Source: Raillietiella orientalis
Taxonomy: Eukaryota
Direction: 5' to 3'
Assembly (NCBI GenBank): GCA_036172245.1
Contig: JAYWIR010000040.1
Location: forward strand, 1 to 64,000
Length of the DNA: 64,000 nucleotides
The notes under the pieces were generated by a model. That model saw nothing but the letters and a program-made list of their open reading frames with translations, was not told the DNA's origin and made no database searches. Of the stretch, positions 36,560 to 50,500 are shown one piece after another (positions within the stretch are counted from its first letter, which is position 1; each line of letters starts with the position of its first letter). A program made the translations under genes and the position numbers.

Positions 36560-37675
36560 AAGCTTCGGTTTCCCTATGAAACCCTCTACCGGCTCCGGGA
36601 AGCCCACAATTGGATCTCCTGCCGCCCAACGAACTTTAACGCCTGGCGGCAAAAAGCCTTATCGTCCTGGGCAAGACATGGGGGAGTGCCTCTACTCGAA
36701 CTTCGTTGCGCGCACCTTTCCCCGTATCCTCCTTCAGATGTGATGCGAGACCAGAGCAGGTGGACCAGCCTGGCCGCCACATCCCTTACCGCAGCGCTGT
36801 CTGTCCTATGGGCAAGAGACGACAGTTGCTTACCAACAAGCTGGGAAGTCTCCTGCTCGATCGCAGGAGCAATTTGACCCATCGACGGCTGAAGGACCAG
36901 CAAGCTGGCATACGCCGCCACGCCCCGCAACATCCCGAAGGGGCCCCTTCGGTAGAGCGAAGTATTTATTGTGCCCCCAGTAGAACTTGTGGTCCCAAAC
37001 TTGTGCGTGGACACTTCAGTGTTCCAGCTTCTTTGGAAACAGGACTTGCTTTTGCTGGTGCACTGGGGCTTCCGTCGCAACCAGCGCGCGAACATTGTTT
37101 GCAGGCGAGTTGCGTCTTCAAACTGTGGACGGTGAGGAGCAGCGGAAACGCTTCCGTACCTGTTGTTCGACTGCGGTGCCCTCCAAGGACTGTGTCGGAG
37201 GCTGGCTTCAGCCCTCCTGCACCGGGGGGACACCGCAAGGGATTTGATGCACCGCTTCTTCACGTTAGGCGACCTGTCGTTAGTGCGGTTTTCGCAACGA
37301 TCTGTTGCATCCGTGCATCGACAAGGCCCACCGTTAGCTGGAGTTGCAGGTAATACTTCGAAAGGCCACCGGAATAGCCTAGAACAACATGACGTCGACT
37401 GCCACGTGGCCTTATCTTCCAGAAGACGTCAGCAAGGACATCTCCGGCATCCAACGCCGGTTCTGAAAGGATGGAACGGCCGAAGTCAAAGACCCCTGTT
37501 CCTAACCACCACATATCTTTTTTATATTTTTATATATTTATTGGTGGTCCCCCCTCCCGGTTCGGACTTCCAATTCTATCGACTGCCTGAAGGGGATCCC
37601 TCTTAACGTATTTCTGTATTCTTTGTCCGAGAACTTCGTTCCCGTATACTTTATAAATAAACGCCCCGGTGAGAA
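36560..37675 (+). mobile_element. L1/Tx1-clade LINE 3' fragment
   Basis: HNWISCRP, LLVHWG, ETLPYLLFDC. Ends aataaacgccccggtgagaa. Confidence 0.7.
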
Positions 37676-38428
37676 GCAGCGAGGTTACGATGGTAGGCGT
37701 TTCCTAGAGGGAGACCTTCACTCCCGCATAATGCTTGCGGAATACGAAGAGTGTTCACCACAGAGGATCGGTCCTTCGTGCTCAGTTAGAAAACATTTGC
37801 GTGCGGTGCTTCGGATCGTGACATCATTGCGGCGCTGGCGGGTCACTAACGTGCACACCCTCTGCAGGAGAGGAAGCCTCTTGAAAAGCGGCACGCGCAT
37901 CTTACAAAAAACCGGAAATCTCGCACAAACCGGAAATCGGCAGAAGATTCGCAGGACCCTGGTTTGTAGGTCAAGTAAACGTGTGCAGCGCGACGAGTCA
38001 CCTCAAAAATAGGTGCCCGAAAAGAGAGTGCCACGGCTTCAATCAGCTTTGGCATATCAGAAACGCATACCCTGCGTTCGCGCAAGAGGCCTCCCGCACG
38101 GCGCCGATACAGTCTGCGATCCTCTACCAAATCGGAGGTCTCGCTGGTAGAAGCTTCCAGTTCCCAGTCTCCTTGGCAGCAGCGTTCGGAAGCACAAAAG
38201 GTGAACTTGATCGCGAGCGGCCTCGGGGTTCATCTGCAAGAACGCGCTCCAAACGGCAAGCAAGCACAGAAAGCTCCTGCGCAAACGAAGCGCCTAAGGC
38301 ACGTTGTGCAGCAGCATCATCCTTAAAGGAATGCAAGGCGACCTGCTACTCCTGTAGCCACTGACTCCGGAGACACGCAATCACGCAAAAGTGGGAATTT
38401 TCTCCAGAGATGCGGGCGCAAAAGTTTC

Positions 38429-38546
38429 GTTCACGGCACCCGGGGTTCCCAGGCGGTCGCCCATCCAAGTACTGATCGGGCCCGACGCTGCTTAACTTCG
38501 CCGATCGAACGAGAGACGGTGCTTTCAGCGTGGTGTGGCCGTGAAC
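38429..38546 (-). rRNA. 5S rRNA
   Basis: Identical to 22575-22692 except one base at the 3' end (GAAC vs GGAC). T4 downstream. Confidence 0.95.
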
Positions 38547-39407
38547 GGAGGCCTTTCCCTACAAGGCACTTTTTGGGACACTTTCGCAAGGCAGCTCCCC
38601 GCCTCCGCGACCGCGTGCACTTCTCCAGTGCGAACTTTTCCTGACGCGCGTTCCTCGTTGCATCGCATTCTCTTCGCCCTGCTCCGCTACTGTTCCACCT
38701 GAGCCTCCAGGCTTCGTTGGCCAACAGAAGGCTTGTTATTCTCTGAGGTGTAGCAGCTGCGACGGGACGTGGGAAGTGCTGGAACTCCCTCGCTCGCCGC
38801 AGAGGATCATCGAGCAGGGAATGCTCTCTCACATGCTCTCTCTCATGCCAAACGCGTGCGTCCGCTTTGGCCGATCGTAGAACGGAATGTGCAGGAGGCT
38901 CTTGGAGACCACTCGGCAAGGTGAGGGGAGGATGCAACTGGAGTCTGATAGGAGTGCGGGCGTGTGTCAGAGGAATCTGACTCCCGGCAGATTGCCTTCA
39001 GCCACGAAGAATCTTCGTATGCCTCTTGAAGACACCGGCTTACATCGTTCTATACAATGAAGAAGCGTTCCTCTGTACGGCAAGCCACGCGTGCTCCACT
39101 TGTTGAGAACGGTCAATCAGCCACTAAGCTGACGCGAGCAGCTGCTAGGCCCGTGAGGGAAGGCCGGAGTACCGGAAGGGCACTAAGCTGACTGTCGGAT
39201 GCCCTCTTGACTCTGGTTGTTGCTCTGCAAGCCTGTCGAGATGCCAGCGGATCTGCAGGCCGCACTGCGGACCAGGAAACAACCTTCAAGCCACCGTCTT
39301 GAGCATGGTTGACCTCTCTTACCCGCTGCGAGCATGAAGGAGCATGGTGCGGCGTGCACCAGATGGAAACACCAAGGAAAACCTCACGTGGGACCACGAC
39401 GTGCCTG
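38547..39407. repeat. 5S upstream flank repeat, copy 2
   Basis: Near-identical to 22693-23553. Confidence 0.9.
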
Positions 39408-39708
39408 CACGCACCTCTCGGTTGACAACTGTGAGAGGTCGACAGGAAGTTTGAACAGTGAGTCGTCCCCCGGACGGATAAGAGGGAGTGAGGAGCAGAA
39501 AGAGCGGCAAAGGGTGCGAGGGAACTCTGCAGCGAGAGCCGTCGTCGTCGCTCAGGAGGAAGCGTAGCGGAGCACGGCGGAGAGAATCCGAAGGCAGGAC
39601 GAACGTTCGTAAGCAAAACACTCGCACTGGAGGAGAATACGCTGCCACGAGGGCGGGGAGCGCCCTTGCGGGAGTGTAACAAAGAGCGCCATCAAGGATA
39701 CGGCCGTT

Positions 39709-39828
39709 GTGGACGGCCACGTCTCTCTGAAAGCATCGTCTCTCTCTTCCGATCGGCGAAGTTAAGCAACATCGGGTGCGGTTAGTACTTGGATGGGCGT
39801 ACGCCTGCTAACTCCGGGCGCCGTGACC
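39709..39828 (+). pseudogene. Divergent 5S rRNA copy (pseudogene or variant)
   Basis: gtggacggccac...ctgaaagcatcgtctct...cgatcggcgaagttaagcaac...gtacttggatgggcg...gccgtgacc followed by T6. Many mismatches in the helices. Confidence 0.8.
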
Positions 39829-40150
39829 TTACTCTTTTTTCCTTTTCTGTGCGCTGTGCGTCTCTGAGCAAGAAGACTTCAAAGTTGAACGCGAACTTGC
39901 TGATTGTCCTTTCGGTTTGGATAAGCAGTTCCTCCGACATGCGACTTGCCCTTTGCAAAGCCTTCGGGGCGGCAGATGAGAGGACGCGTGTGCTTTTGCT
40001 GGTACGATGCTCGTGGCCTCGAGGCACCGTCTCCGTTTTGTGCTGCTCCATTGGATGCCCGCCCGCGCGGGTGCAAACTTCTGACCGCCTGGTGCCTCGT
40101 AAGTTAGGCCTCTTTAGCGTAAGAAAGGAGCCGTTAACGGAATGCTTGTC

Positions 40151-40268
40151 GTTCACGGCCACACCACGCTGAAAGCACCGTCTCTCGTTCGATCGGCGAA
40201 GTTAAGCAGCGTCGGGCCCGATCAGTACTTGGATGGGCGACCGCCTGGGAACCCCGGGTGCCGTGGAC
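40151..40268 (+). rRNA. 5S rRNA
   Basis: Same 118 nt sequence. T5 at 40274-40278. Confidence 0.95.
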
Positions 40269-40689
40269 CAATCTTTTTGCGCCCGCGCCTGTCCAGAAAA
40301 TTCCCACTTGTCGTAACCAACCGACGATTTTTTGCACACTTTTCCTTTCATACTTTCGTTGTGCTCTTCTGTGCACTGCTTCTTGACTTCTCAGCTTTTC
40401 GTAGTCTCTCTAGAAAACCTGCCACCCCTCTTCCGTTTCGAAATTCAAATGTCTTCTTGGGCAGAGTGATGGTGGAAGCTCTTTTTCTGCTCCTCGTTTA
40501 GCGCTGCCTTTGAGTCCTCCTGTCATTCGTCCTTGAATCCGTCCGCTGTCTGTCTCCAAGGATGCTGCGGGTGCTGTTCCTCTGCGTGCAAAGCCACGTG
40601 GAAATTGGCATGGAAAGCACAACTCCAATGGAGCTTTTCGAGCTGCTTGCCACCGTGGCAACCAACGGTTTCACTCCATGGAAATGCAT

Positions 40690-40930
40690 TTAGAAATCTT
40701 CCATTGTAACTTTTAACCAGGAAATAGTTGCACAGTAGCTATGATGATGATCCCGTAAATTGGCGGGAGCGGAGCGCATCCAACGCCGGTTCAAAGAAGG
40801 GAACGCCCGAAGCCAATGACCCCAACCCTGCTCCCACCCCCGCATTTGTTTTTTTTTTTTAATATTTCTTATATATTTATTGGTGGTCCCCTCCATGCGT
40901 TTCGGACTTTAAGTGTTTCCTGATACCTGA
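40690..40930 (+). mobile_element. Short LINE 3' UTR fragment
   Basis: gcatccaacgccggttc and tatatttattggtggtcccc...ttcggactt match 37447-37570. Confidence 0.55.
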
Positions 40931-43599
40931 GGATGGGGCTGCACGCATGCGTCACGCAGTACTTCGCCTCCATGTGCATGCTCGATTCGTGAAGTCAGGA
41001 TTTCACTGCTTTCCAGGAATTTGGTTCAGTGCCTTCTTGAATGCCCTGTGGCTCCTACCTTCCGTCTACCTGACTGAACAGGCTTCCCTGTCAGAATACC
41101 AATCCGTCGATTGACAATTTTTCTTGGTATATGCCAAGAAAGCACGGAGGTATTGAGTAGTCATGGAGTCCTCTCCAATATACACTCAGTTCAACCACAT
41201 TTGCTGCTCAGGAGTCACCACACTTACCCAAACGTAAATCACAGAAGTTGGAGGGAGCTCTGGAGAAACACGAGCGAACAGTCCTCCCACGGTCAGTTCT
41301 TACACGTAAACACACGGAAGGGAGAGAGAACACATCGCTCCCGCTGCGAGAAAACGGACAAGAATCTACCCAGGGGAGCGCAACCCATGCCGGCCTGCAA
41401 GTGAGGAAAGCTACCAAACTCTTCAATGGACCGAATCGAGCGAACTCGTATAACTGTCTGATTGCGTCCACTCTGACCTCGCCTCCATGAATATTTCGAA
41501 ACCCTCGATGATGTCGCAGGAGTCCATCTCTACGCAACGAAAGGAAGACGAAGCGTAGTTGAATGGATCTCCTGAAAAGTTGCGCCCACGACGGTTGTGA
41601 AGCCGACCGAACGGAAGCTGAGTGCAGGAACGCAACATCGAAACGGACGGAAGGCCGTCTTTTCGCATGATGTTCCTTTCTCAGATGGAAATTCTGGACG
41701 GGGATTTTCGGTAGGTATCTTCGCCTCGTCTGATTTACGTTTTCGCCATTTCTATAGGAAGAATGAACGTTTCCCGCTGTGAAGGCTCAGTACAAAGAAC
41801 GGCTGCCTGCTCTCCCTCGTTACGCTCTAAATGGAATTTTTCCATTGCCAACTTCTCCGATAAATATAAATGAATGTCGACGTTGCATTGCATGTCATCG
41901 TAGAGTGCATTACATGAAGAAGGCATTCTCCGCGCTGAACACTCTGTACTGATCGCATCTTGGTATATAAACTTCATTATAATTGCATGAGTGCCCCATC
42001 CTGCGCGCTTCATTTCGTTCACTGGATTGAATTTTGAATTGGAACAAGAAGGAATGAATGTGTACAAGCGTTTGTGGTGTTCAAGGAAATCGTTTATTTA
42101 TTGCATCAGTGGGGAAGGGTATCCTTTCATGGATATACAGGAGCGTGCACGAGAATTTGCCTAGTAGCGAGGAAGAATCTCGTCGGATTCCGTTTTAGGA
42201 AAAAGGTTCCTATTCCTATGGTTCCGTCGTACAGGTTTTCATCAGCTTCGATTAGAACTTCGCACATGTCCACTGCACTACTGTTTGATTCGACCTGAAA
42301 TAATCCCTTCCTTGTGTTTCGCAAGGACGATATTTCAGTTACCTTCCTCATCAGATCCCTATGATTAAATGAAAATGATCGGTGTCCCATGAGGAAGCTG
42401 AACTTGGGAACCTTGTTGCCCTCGGAACAAGGTAACTAGCAGTGTGGTAAATGCAGAAGAACTGACACCGATGACCTACCTTCATAAATCTGCCGCTTCG
42501 ATCTGCAGTTTTCATTTGTTCGGCATATTTTTCATAGGCTTCGTTAGAAAGAAAAAGACCAGTGTCTTCCAAATAAAAACCGAAATAACAGCTCTTCTGA
42601 CAGATTGGCTGTGATCCTATATGCGGTCTACATGGACACAGCGTGAGTGGTCAGCAGTGTCTTTACATTTGTTTTCGCAATATCTTACTCTCCAATCTTG
42701 AAGCTCCAGAAGTCCATGCTGTTGCTTTGAATTAAGAGGTCATACAAGTCGAATTCCGGCAGAGGAACTCCTATGGAAAGTTTTCCAACTTGCTGGTGTT
42801 GCTTTGGCTGTCTGAAAGGTAAATGAGACGGATTAGAAGATGCTAACGCCGTGTCTTTTAGAGGCACAGGAATTCATTCTGTGTGAAAATAGAATCGCTA
42901 TTGTGAAGGCAATAGGCTTAGTTGAAAACTGGCACGGAAATCTGGTTCCTCATGGTAGCTTGAGAAATGTTCTGTAATGTGAGCGAAAGTATAAGCAAGT
43001 CTATAAAGGACGATAATAGCAATTCGATGGGTCATAGCATTTGACCTTCGATGCTGCAGCTGCTCAGTTAGATTGCTTGGTGTTTCTATCTTCCTTATTA
43101 ACGCTGGTTTCCACCAATGAAGCGTTCTTCTTCGTTAGAGATCCGCAACACTTCTGCCGCCTTCTTGATTTGTCTTCTTTTCCGCTCTTCCCCCTGTACG
43201 AAAGTGTTCATTCAAACTGTACGAAATTCAGATCGGCTCGATGGTTTCCGGATGCCCGAGCTGCCTTCAAATCTTCCTAGATTTTTGAAAACGTCTTCTT
43301 GGGAAGCCCACATTGAATCTTTAATCGTCTATCCTCAAGGGAAATTGGTCTTTCTCACAGCACAACTCATTCGCAGGTAGTGCTGCAATCGCACAAATGG
43401 GTTTCCAAACAAATATACACTGATGGTAACATGCGTTTTGCAGAAAGTACTTTTTGCAGCTATGAATGATACTTTTCCGTTGTTTACCTGCTGATGGAAA
43501 CTGAGAAAATATGGCACGAAATTGAGTACGCGTGAAATATGTTGCTGCCCTTTGACGCTTCTCTTAGAACTCAGCATGTCTTTTCGTTTTGGGGATTCA

Positions 43600-43950
43600 T
43601 CAGCTGATTGCTTTCGCATTTATATCCTTTCTGCAGGCTGAGGGCCTCGGATATATCCCGGATTTCACTCATGATTGCATTCTGAGTTTTCACGAGAGAC
43701 TAATGGGAGTTACCTCAAAGCAAAAGGAAGAGAAAACCTCTTGCTTGATTTTTCATCTTTCCATGAGTGTTCATTTTGTGGAGTTGCTTGGACTTGGGAA
43801 AAAGGGAATATGGAAGGTTTGGAAAAACAACGACACTGAAGTACCTGAGCAGATGTGTACAAAGTTCAAATAAATATTGGAAGGGCACCGATCCCAGAAG
43901 ACTTTCAGATCGAAAGAGGCACTTAAAGCATCCCAAAGACGATAATAGAG
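43600..43950 (+). mobile_element. Possible Academ-like (XPG/H3TH-bearing) DNA transposon remnant
   Basis: FH...LLGLGKKGIWKVW resembles the FHA.TGCD...G.GKK..W..W motif. Highly decayed. Confidence 0.25.
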
Positions 43951-46539
43951 TTTATACACTTTTTCTTTCAAAGCAGATGATCCCTTCATGAATTCGGATT
44001 GCGCATTAGGACCGAGAAATCTGTTGGAAATTTCCCTTCATTTTAGAACACCATATTTTCGCTTTGATGAGAGTCTGCTACTATGCCATCTTGTTTTGTG
44101 GGGAGAAATGAAGGAATGCACAATACCCCCACAATAGCGCGGGAAAAAATGCAGCAAGAAATTTGCTGAATGAAAAGTGTTTGCCTTTCTTTATCAGGAA
44201 GGTGTCAGAGTTGACGCGCATACTTTCTTTCGCGGTGCCACAACAGCCATTTTTGGCACCCATGAGGACGACTGCTTTTCCCAAAACCAAAACATGAAGA
44301 TTCGATCGAATGTCTTAGTGAGAATTATATGTCGACTGATGTCAAAATTGTAAACATTCTCTAAGAAAAGAGAGCTTCTTTTAAATGGATCTTACTTGTA
44401 CCAGCGAAACATGAAGTTTGATCCCAGTTGACAAGGTAGAAGCTTTTTGAATGTGCTCATAAATGCTACTGTCTTCTGATCCGCGAACCTTGAAGGAGGT
44501 GCAAGTCCTAGTAATCCTTCAAAGTTTCCAGAAAGATTTTGCAAGCGTGGAAGTCCACTCCTTTTTTTTAAGGTGAAATTAACAGCCTTGAGAGAATGGC
44601 GTCCAACCTGCAAGCACATGACAAGCGCATTGTGCAATGTAATCAATCAGAAAGTTTTCCCTTAGTTCTATTCTAAAGTCTAAAACTGCGGCATTCTCAA
44701 AATGAGGCACCGTAACACACAAAGAATTATATAATTCGATCATTCAGTTCCCCCGTGAGAATGGCATTGCATGATCATCACGAGAAATAGAAAATACAGG
44801 AGTTTCATGTTTTGCTACTTCTCGGTTGTGGACTCAAATTAGAAGAACAAAGACACCACCAATAGAAGGCATACCTGAGAAGGATATCACGCTCTCGGTG
44901 GTGGTTTTTATTTTGAAATTCAAGAAAGACTGCATCACAGTACAGAATTCAATTGAGGAAGAATGAGAAAAACTTAAAAAAAAAGCACTCAGAAGAGTTT
45001 TTAGTTGGTGTATTAGAACGCACTTTAATGTCATCTTGTCCGATGCTGTCCACAGTCAAACGTCTGGCTAATTTATTCTTATCTAGCAAATGAAACGTCT
45101 TTGAAGCGCTTCTATTGTAACCATGAGCTCTGCCTAAAAAGCAGGATGGATCATTATTTCCAATCGGAAACACGGCTGTGAGTACCATTTTGTTGTGGAG
45201 AGGGATCGATGTCATCAGTAGCAACCAGCAAATAAGACCGTGCGGAATTTGGAAGAACATAAACTGTTTGCTCAGGGCTTCCTATTTTCAGCGTGATGTA
45301 GTTGTTCTGAAAGAAGAAGAGAGCATCTCAGCGTTAAATGTCCGCAAGTTTCACACAGTCTTCTGGAAGGTTCCCTTTTGGTCCTTCCGCACAGATGCAA
45401 ATCGTAACACGTCACACGTCGCGCAAGGCATTTCCTTCACGATGATTTCCTTTTCTCTTTCGTAATCAAAATGCAAGGTGAACTATGGTCTGTCGGAACA
45501 ATAGGTCGGATTGGTCTGTCGAATAGGTCTCCCCCCATTCTGAGATAATTGAATTTCGTATCGTCTGTGATTCTAGGATTCGTAGATAGAGACAGTTGTC
45601 TCTAGATTCCAAGATAAGCGATGGCATTTTGCTGGCACAAGAAATAAGAATTCCTTCAGCAAAACCTTTTCTTCTTTAAACTTTTTGAATTCAATAAACG
45701 AAATATTGAAAAGAACCGCTGCATGGCCGTCCTGGGCAATCTCGAAATCCTGTAGGTCGAGAGTGCCATGGAATGCGAACTTCGACCCATCTTCATCCCA
45801 TATGGTAGCTGTAGTTGAAAGTTTTGAGATCAATATCGTCAACTGTGTCGCAGAAATCTGCCGTTTCAACGATATGCTTACCGAAAGGTATACCACCTTT
45901 ACGTGACGAACCTTCGAAACCCAGGTGCGGGTATGTGTACTCACCAAGCCATCACTGTACAACGGTATATCATATTTCTTGCTTTCCTTTCGCTTCTGGG
46001 GGGATTCTGAATTCTGCGAGGTCATCCTAAGAAGAGAAAAGACGATGGTATGAGAAGGCAATAAATACACCAATCGTATGCGGGAATTGCGACTCTCTGT
46101 TGGGACTGCAGAGAGTCCAAATTTTTCCAGCTTCTTCCATGCAGAGCTCCAGAAGAAGTTTCCATCTCTCTTCTTTCGCAAGTATTCCAGCACAAAGGAG
46201 GAAACGAGTCGCCAAACACTCACAGTCCTTTTCTCATTACAAAAAAAGATTGCAAACGCAGTAACTCTCATTAAGAAACATTCGGATGCACACGAGGAAA
46301 AAAATGCATGCTGATCGATTTTTGATATGAAGAGAGTGACTTTCGAAAAATTCGTAGAACTATCATTCCATCCGTGTTTATCAGAAAGCAATCCAAACAT
46401 TGAAAACCTGCAGTGCTCTGCTTGCATCTCTGAATGGAATTCGTCCACTATAAGGGCACTCAACTTCAAAGCCTGCAAACAGCAAACTCTCAAGTCAGTA
46501 AGAAGGAAGACATTCAAGGTGACGGTAGGCGCTCACTTC

Positions 46540-47520
46540 CATTCAGAGCAGCATCTTAGTGGGAGCGATTGGCAACTAAGAATGATGATGGCCTCAAGTC
46601 CGAGTGGGCTGAAGACGTTGGTTCCCTCAGAAACGGTTTCGAAGGAATTCAAAGAGATAAGCGCGCTGGCAGTCGTCCATAAAGAAGAAATGAAATCACA
46701 GGTTCTCATCGAACGGAAGAATTTTTGCAACTATTCAAAGTTGGAATCGAAGGATCCCTCAGTCATTTCAGAACGCCCAACGGGTGATTGAGTCGCTCGC
46801 GAGCTGTGTTTAGAAGCCTTGCATTTTAGACAGTCATAGAAGAGGGAACGACGAATCCAAAACACATTCCGTTCAAACATTCCTTCATGAGAACACATCA
46901 ACAACAAACGAGATGTAGAGCTTTACCTAGAGGCTTGTCCGTGGAAACAACTAGCCTGGATCAAGAGGAGTCCCAGAAGAACGTTCATTTTGACTATGTT
47001 CTCGTTTCCTTGTCTCCTCCTGTAAACGAAAACAGATGAGAAATTGCGGAGGCACTTAAAATGGCCCTCCGAACAGAAACGCTATGCAAGACACAGCAAG
47101 TTGCGTTTGCATACGAAATTTTCAAGGATGCCGTTTCGACCATCAAAAGTTCTCTGCACGAATATACTGAGATGCATAGGGAGGTTGATGTCCGGGTTGC
47201 ATTTGAAGCTGATCGTTCTCGTTAACGAACCCTCGATCCGATCGCTGTTCCAGTTCGAAGAAACCTGCTCGAAATTCGGGGTGTAATTAAAAACTGAGAG
47301 GAGGCCATGTTTGACCCCATTTTTAGCCAATTCACTACGCTTCCTTAACAAGCGAGGGAACATTAGCTGTCCACTGTCAACGACGCTCCCCTGAAGACTT
47401 CTCTGTCAATATAAACACAAGAGGAGAGTTTGCTGACAAACTGTCCCATAAGGAGCGCGAATGAGACCTTCAAGAGGGCACGGCATTTTCCATCTGCTTT
47501 CTCGTGATGCTATGAGTTCG
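46540..47520 (-). repeat. Inverted paralog of 10420-11400
   Basis: Reverse-complement similarity. YSKLES.DPSVISE is shared between the translations. Confidence 0.8.
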
Positions 47521-50500
47521 TTGAAGACACTGTGAATTCCTCAAGGATTCCTCGGTTTGCGAATCAGAAGTTTCCGAACGATTCCAAATAGTTCGGTTTT
47601 TCCTGTGCAGTCGGATGAAGAGAGATCTGCTCTTGCCAAACAGGTTTTTTGGTCAGAGGACGATGTTTCCAGATCGTTCCGAAAGGTGAAGCTTGCTGCA
47701 CCCGTTTGCTCACCACCTTCCCCAGTGTTCCTGCAGTGTGCAAAAGAAGTGCAAGCTGCCTAAACACCACAGGTTTACTCCCCGGCAGATGCAGCGTGCT
47801 TCCTGCACGACAGTTTCTTCTGCTTATATACCCCCAGCTTCAATTGAAACGCTTCTTGCAAAGCGCTCTTCATCTGTGGCTTCTTTCTGTTGCATGACCT
47901 CTTCTGGGCTCAGTTGCTATGACATGGAAATGCGAAAGGCTATGGAGAATGGAATTTTTTTCATCATAACTCGGAATCTTCTTGCTGCAGTCCTCGATGT
48001 AGTTTTATATATATGAGAAGCTGCGACATCATCTTGAGCTCGTTATGAAAGTACTTATCAGATGGGTTCGTGGAAGTATCAGCACCGCTGTCATTTTCCG
48101 TACCTGAAGGGCTCCTGGATTTGGTTCGCCTTTAAGAGCAATCGATACGGAGACTTCCGGTAAACCGTAGGGAAGTCTTAAATCATTGCATATTGACCTC
48201 ATCAGTTTGCTAGCACAGGTTACCGTTCTTACTACAGTCTTTAGCTTTAACATCACGTGTTGAGAACCAAAGGAAGAAGGCTTGCATGAATATTTACCTG
48301 AGACGAATTCTTCAGCAGGAAACTTGATGATGGAGGGTGGACTGAAGAGGCAAGTGCCGTCCTTGGATAGCTCGAAAGGTTGGTTGACGAGGAACTTTAG
48401 AGGTTGCAAGGAAGCCTCTCAAGCTGAACGGAGATGGATGTGGTAGGTCGGTTGCCGTGAGGAGACAGACCAGATCTGAGCTTCCATAGAGAACGCCTAT
48501 CGTTTTGTCGTTTCTCTGCACGTGACAATGGCAATGAAAATGCGAATCTTGAGTGTCAGCGTGCATCAGATGTAGGCAGGTTGCCAAGGCAATTCCGTAT
48601 GGTGGAAAACGATGCTTTGCTCATCTGCGCCCATTTTTCATTCAAATCATGTCCAATTTACAAGCTAATTTTCTGGAATTAGAAGTTTCAAACAAGATCA
48701 TCTCTTGCGTAGGATTTTTTTCCACGGAGACTTTCTTTCCTCCCATCGATATATTTACAAAGACTTTCTGAGCATATAGCATGTTTAGAAGAATACATAT
48801 ATATTGTATGGATCAAGTTCAAAATGCATAGAGAAGAACAGCGAATTTGTATCATTAGATTATTACCACTGAAAGTGCGGATAATCGCTGTCTGTGGATG
48901 ATACGAGATTCCAGAGTTAGCAGCTTTTTTTAACTATACACTCTTTGTTTGAAATTGACAGTTTTCGGCTTTCAGCATCAAGGTCCTCTAATCTAGAAGC
49001 CTTCTTAAATTCGTTTTGGAAATTATAAAAGATTCCTGCAATTTGGGAGACCGAATTGCGAATTTATTCATTGGAATATGAAATTCAAATGTTGATGTTT
49101 TCATTGGTCACAAAAGTGCTGTTTCTCATGAAGCATCCACAATGGCCTCCGCACATTTCAAAAGACCAATAGTGTTTTATATTCCACGTGTAACGTTGAC
49201 ATCACCATTGTAAAAAATCCCAAATAACATACTACAAAGAAAGGCAGAACTTCATCGTCCTATGGAGAGCCATACCCTGGATTCAAACCTGGGACCACAG
49301 GAGTTATCGCACTCTCAACTATTCGCAGATAATAGTTCAAACACATTTCTTTTCACAAATGCAAATACCTACATAGAATGTCACTTCTTAGTCCCCAACT
49401 TGCGATCTCAATATTGTCTGACCTTCCACGTTTGTCGATCCAGATTAGAAAATCAGGGGATCATTCTGTGCCAGAGACAAGCCGGAAAAGTCAAGGGTGT
49501 GACTTTGATGTGCGGAAATGAAATTCTTCCGTATCAGATTGCTTTGGAGATGAAGCGCAGATATGCTCATGGTTTCAAACACTACAAATAAGAATCTTCT
49601 TCATTAGGAGCTCCCAGTAGCCAACTCGAGATACCCTTTTATTTGCACCCTGGTGGTATCCTTCAAAGGCTTCTCCATCTGCAAAATTAAGATTGATATT
49701 CCAGTAAACAGGAGCTTTCCGAATTCCTGCAGTGTCTCCTTTTTCTAAGAATGCCAGTTTGTAGCAGGACGACCAGTTTGCAATGCAGCGCTTCACAATA
49801 GAGTTCACTCTTATTTTCAAAATGGCACTTTGGATAATCTCCGCACTCACATCTTCAGAATGGAAGATTCAGAAATAAGACGATGATAACGGTTTCTGAA
49901 ACTAACATTTTTTTACTGTACAAGTTTTATCCATCAGTGAAAAAGATTGCAAAAAAACGAGGATGGACTCTGAGTTCCAATGGTTGCAACTGTGTGCTTC
50001 CTGTCGTGATGCTTTCACAGATTCTCACAGATCGTCGTGAGGACTGCTGTACGACATCGAATATCTTATTCTATTGAGTTTTACAAAGTGTCCAGAAAAA
50101 TAAAAGGTTGGCCCCGTTTCCAGCAGCCTTACGTCGCTTTTCCAATCTCACACAGCTGCGATTCGAGCTTTATACGGTTCACTCCAGCAGCCACCTCAGT
50201 GTGTCGTGGTTTGTTTTAATTAATTCTCGAAGTAAGCCTTCCGTTCAAAGAAAAGAAACGAAATTTTTATTCCAGCAAAGAGAGTCTTCTGTAGCCCTCA
50301 GGATCAATAAGAGCAGCTCTAAAACAGAACGCAGATGCGAATCCCGAGAAGTGTGTTCAAGAATTATGCAGATACACAGAAATGCCGAAGAAGGGTGGTG
50401 GCACAAGCAATCTGGCGGAACCGAAATCCGTTGCTGTGCATTCTCCTTCCATGCCGCCATATGTCACGGTAATTTTACCGAGCTGCTTATTTGATGAAAG

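Noticed and set aside
45573..46517. 314-aa minus-strand ORF
   Set aside because: No recognisable domain. It is probably the antisense shadow of a decayed plus-strand transposase (a YHISC motif near 45970).
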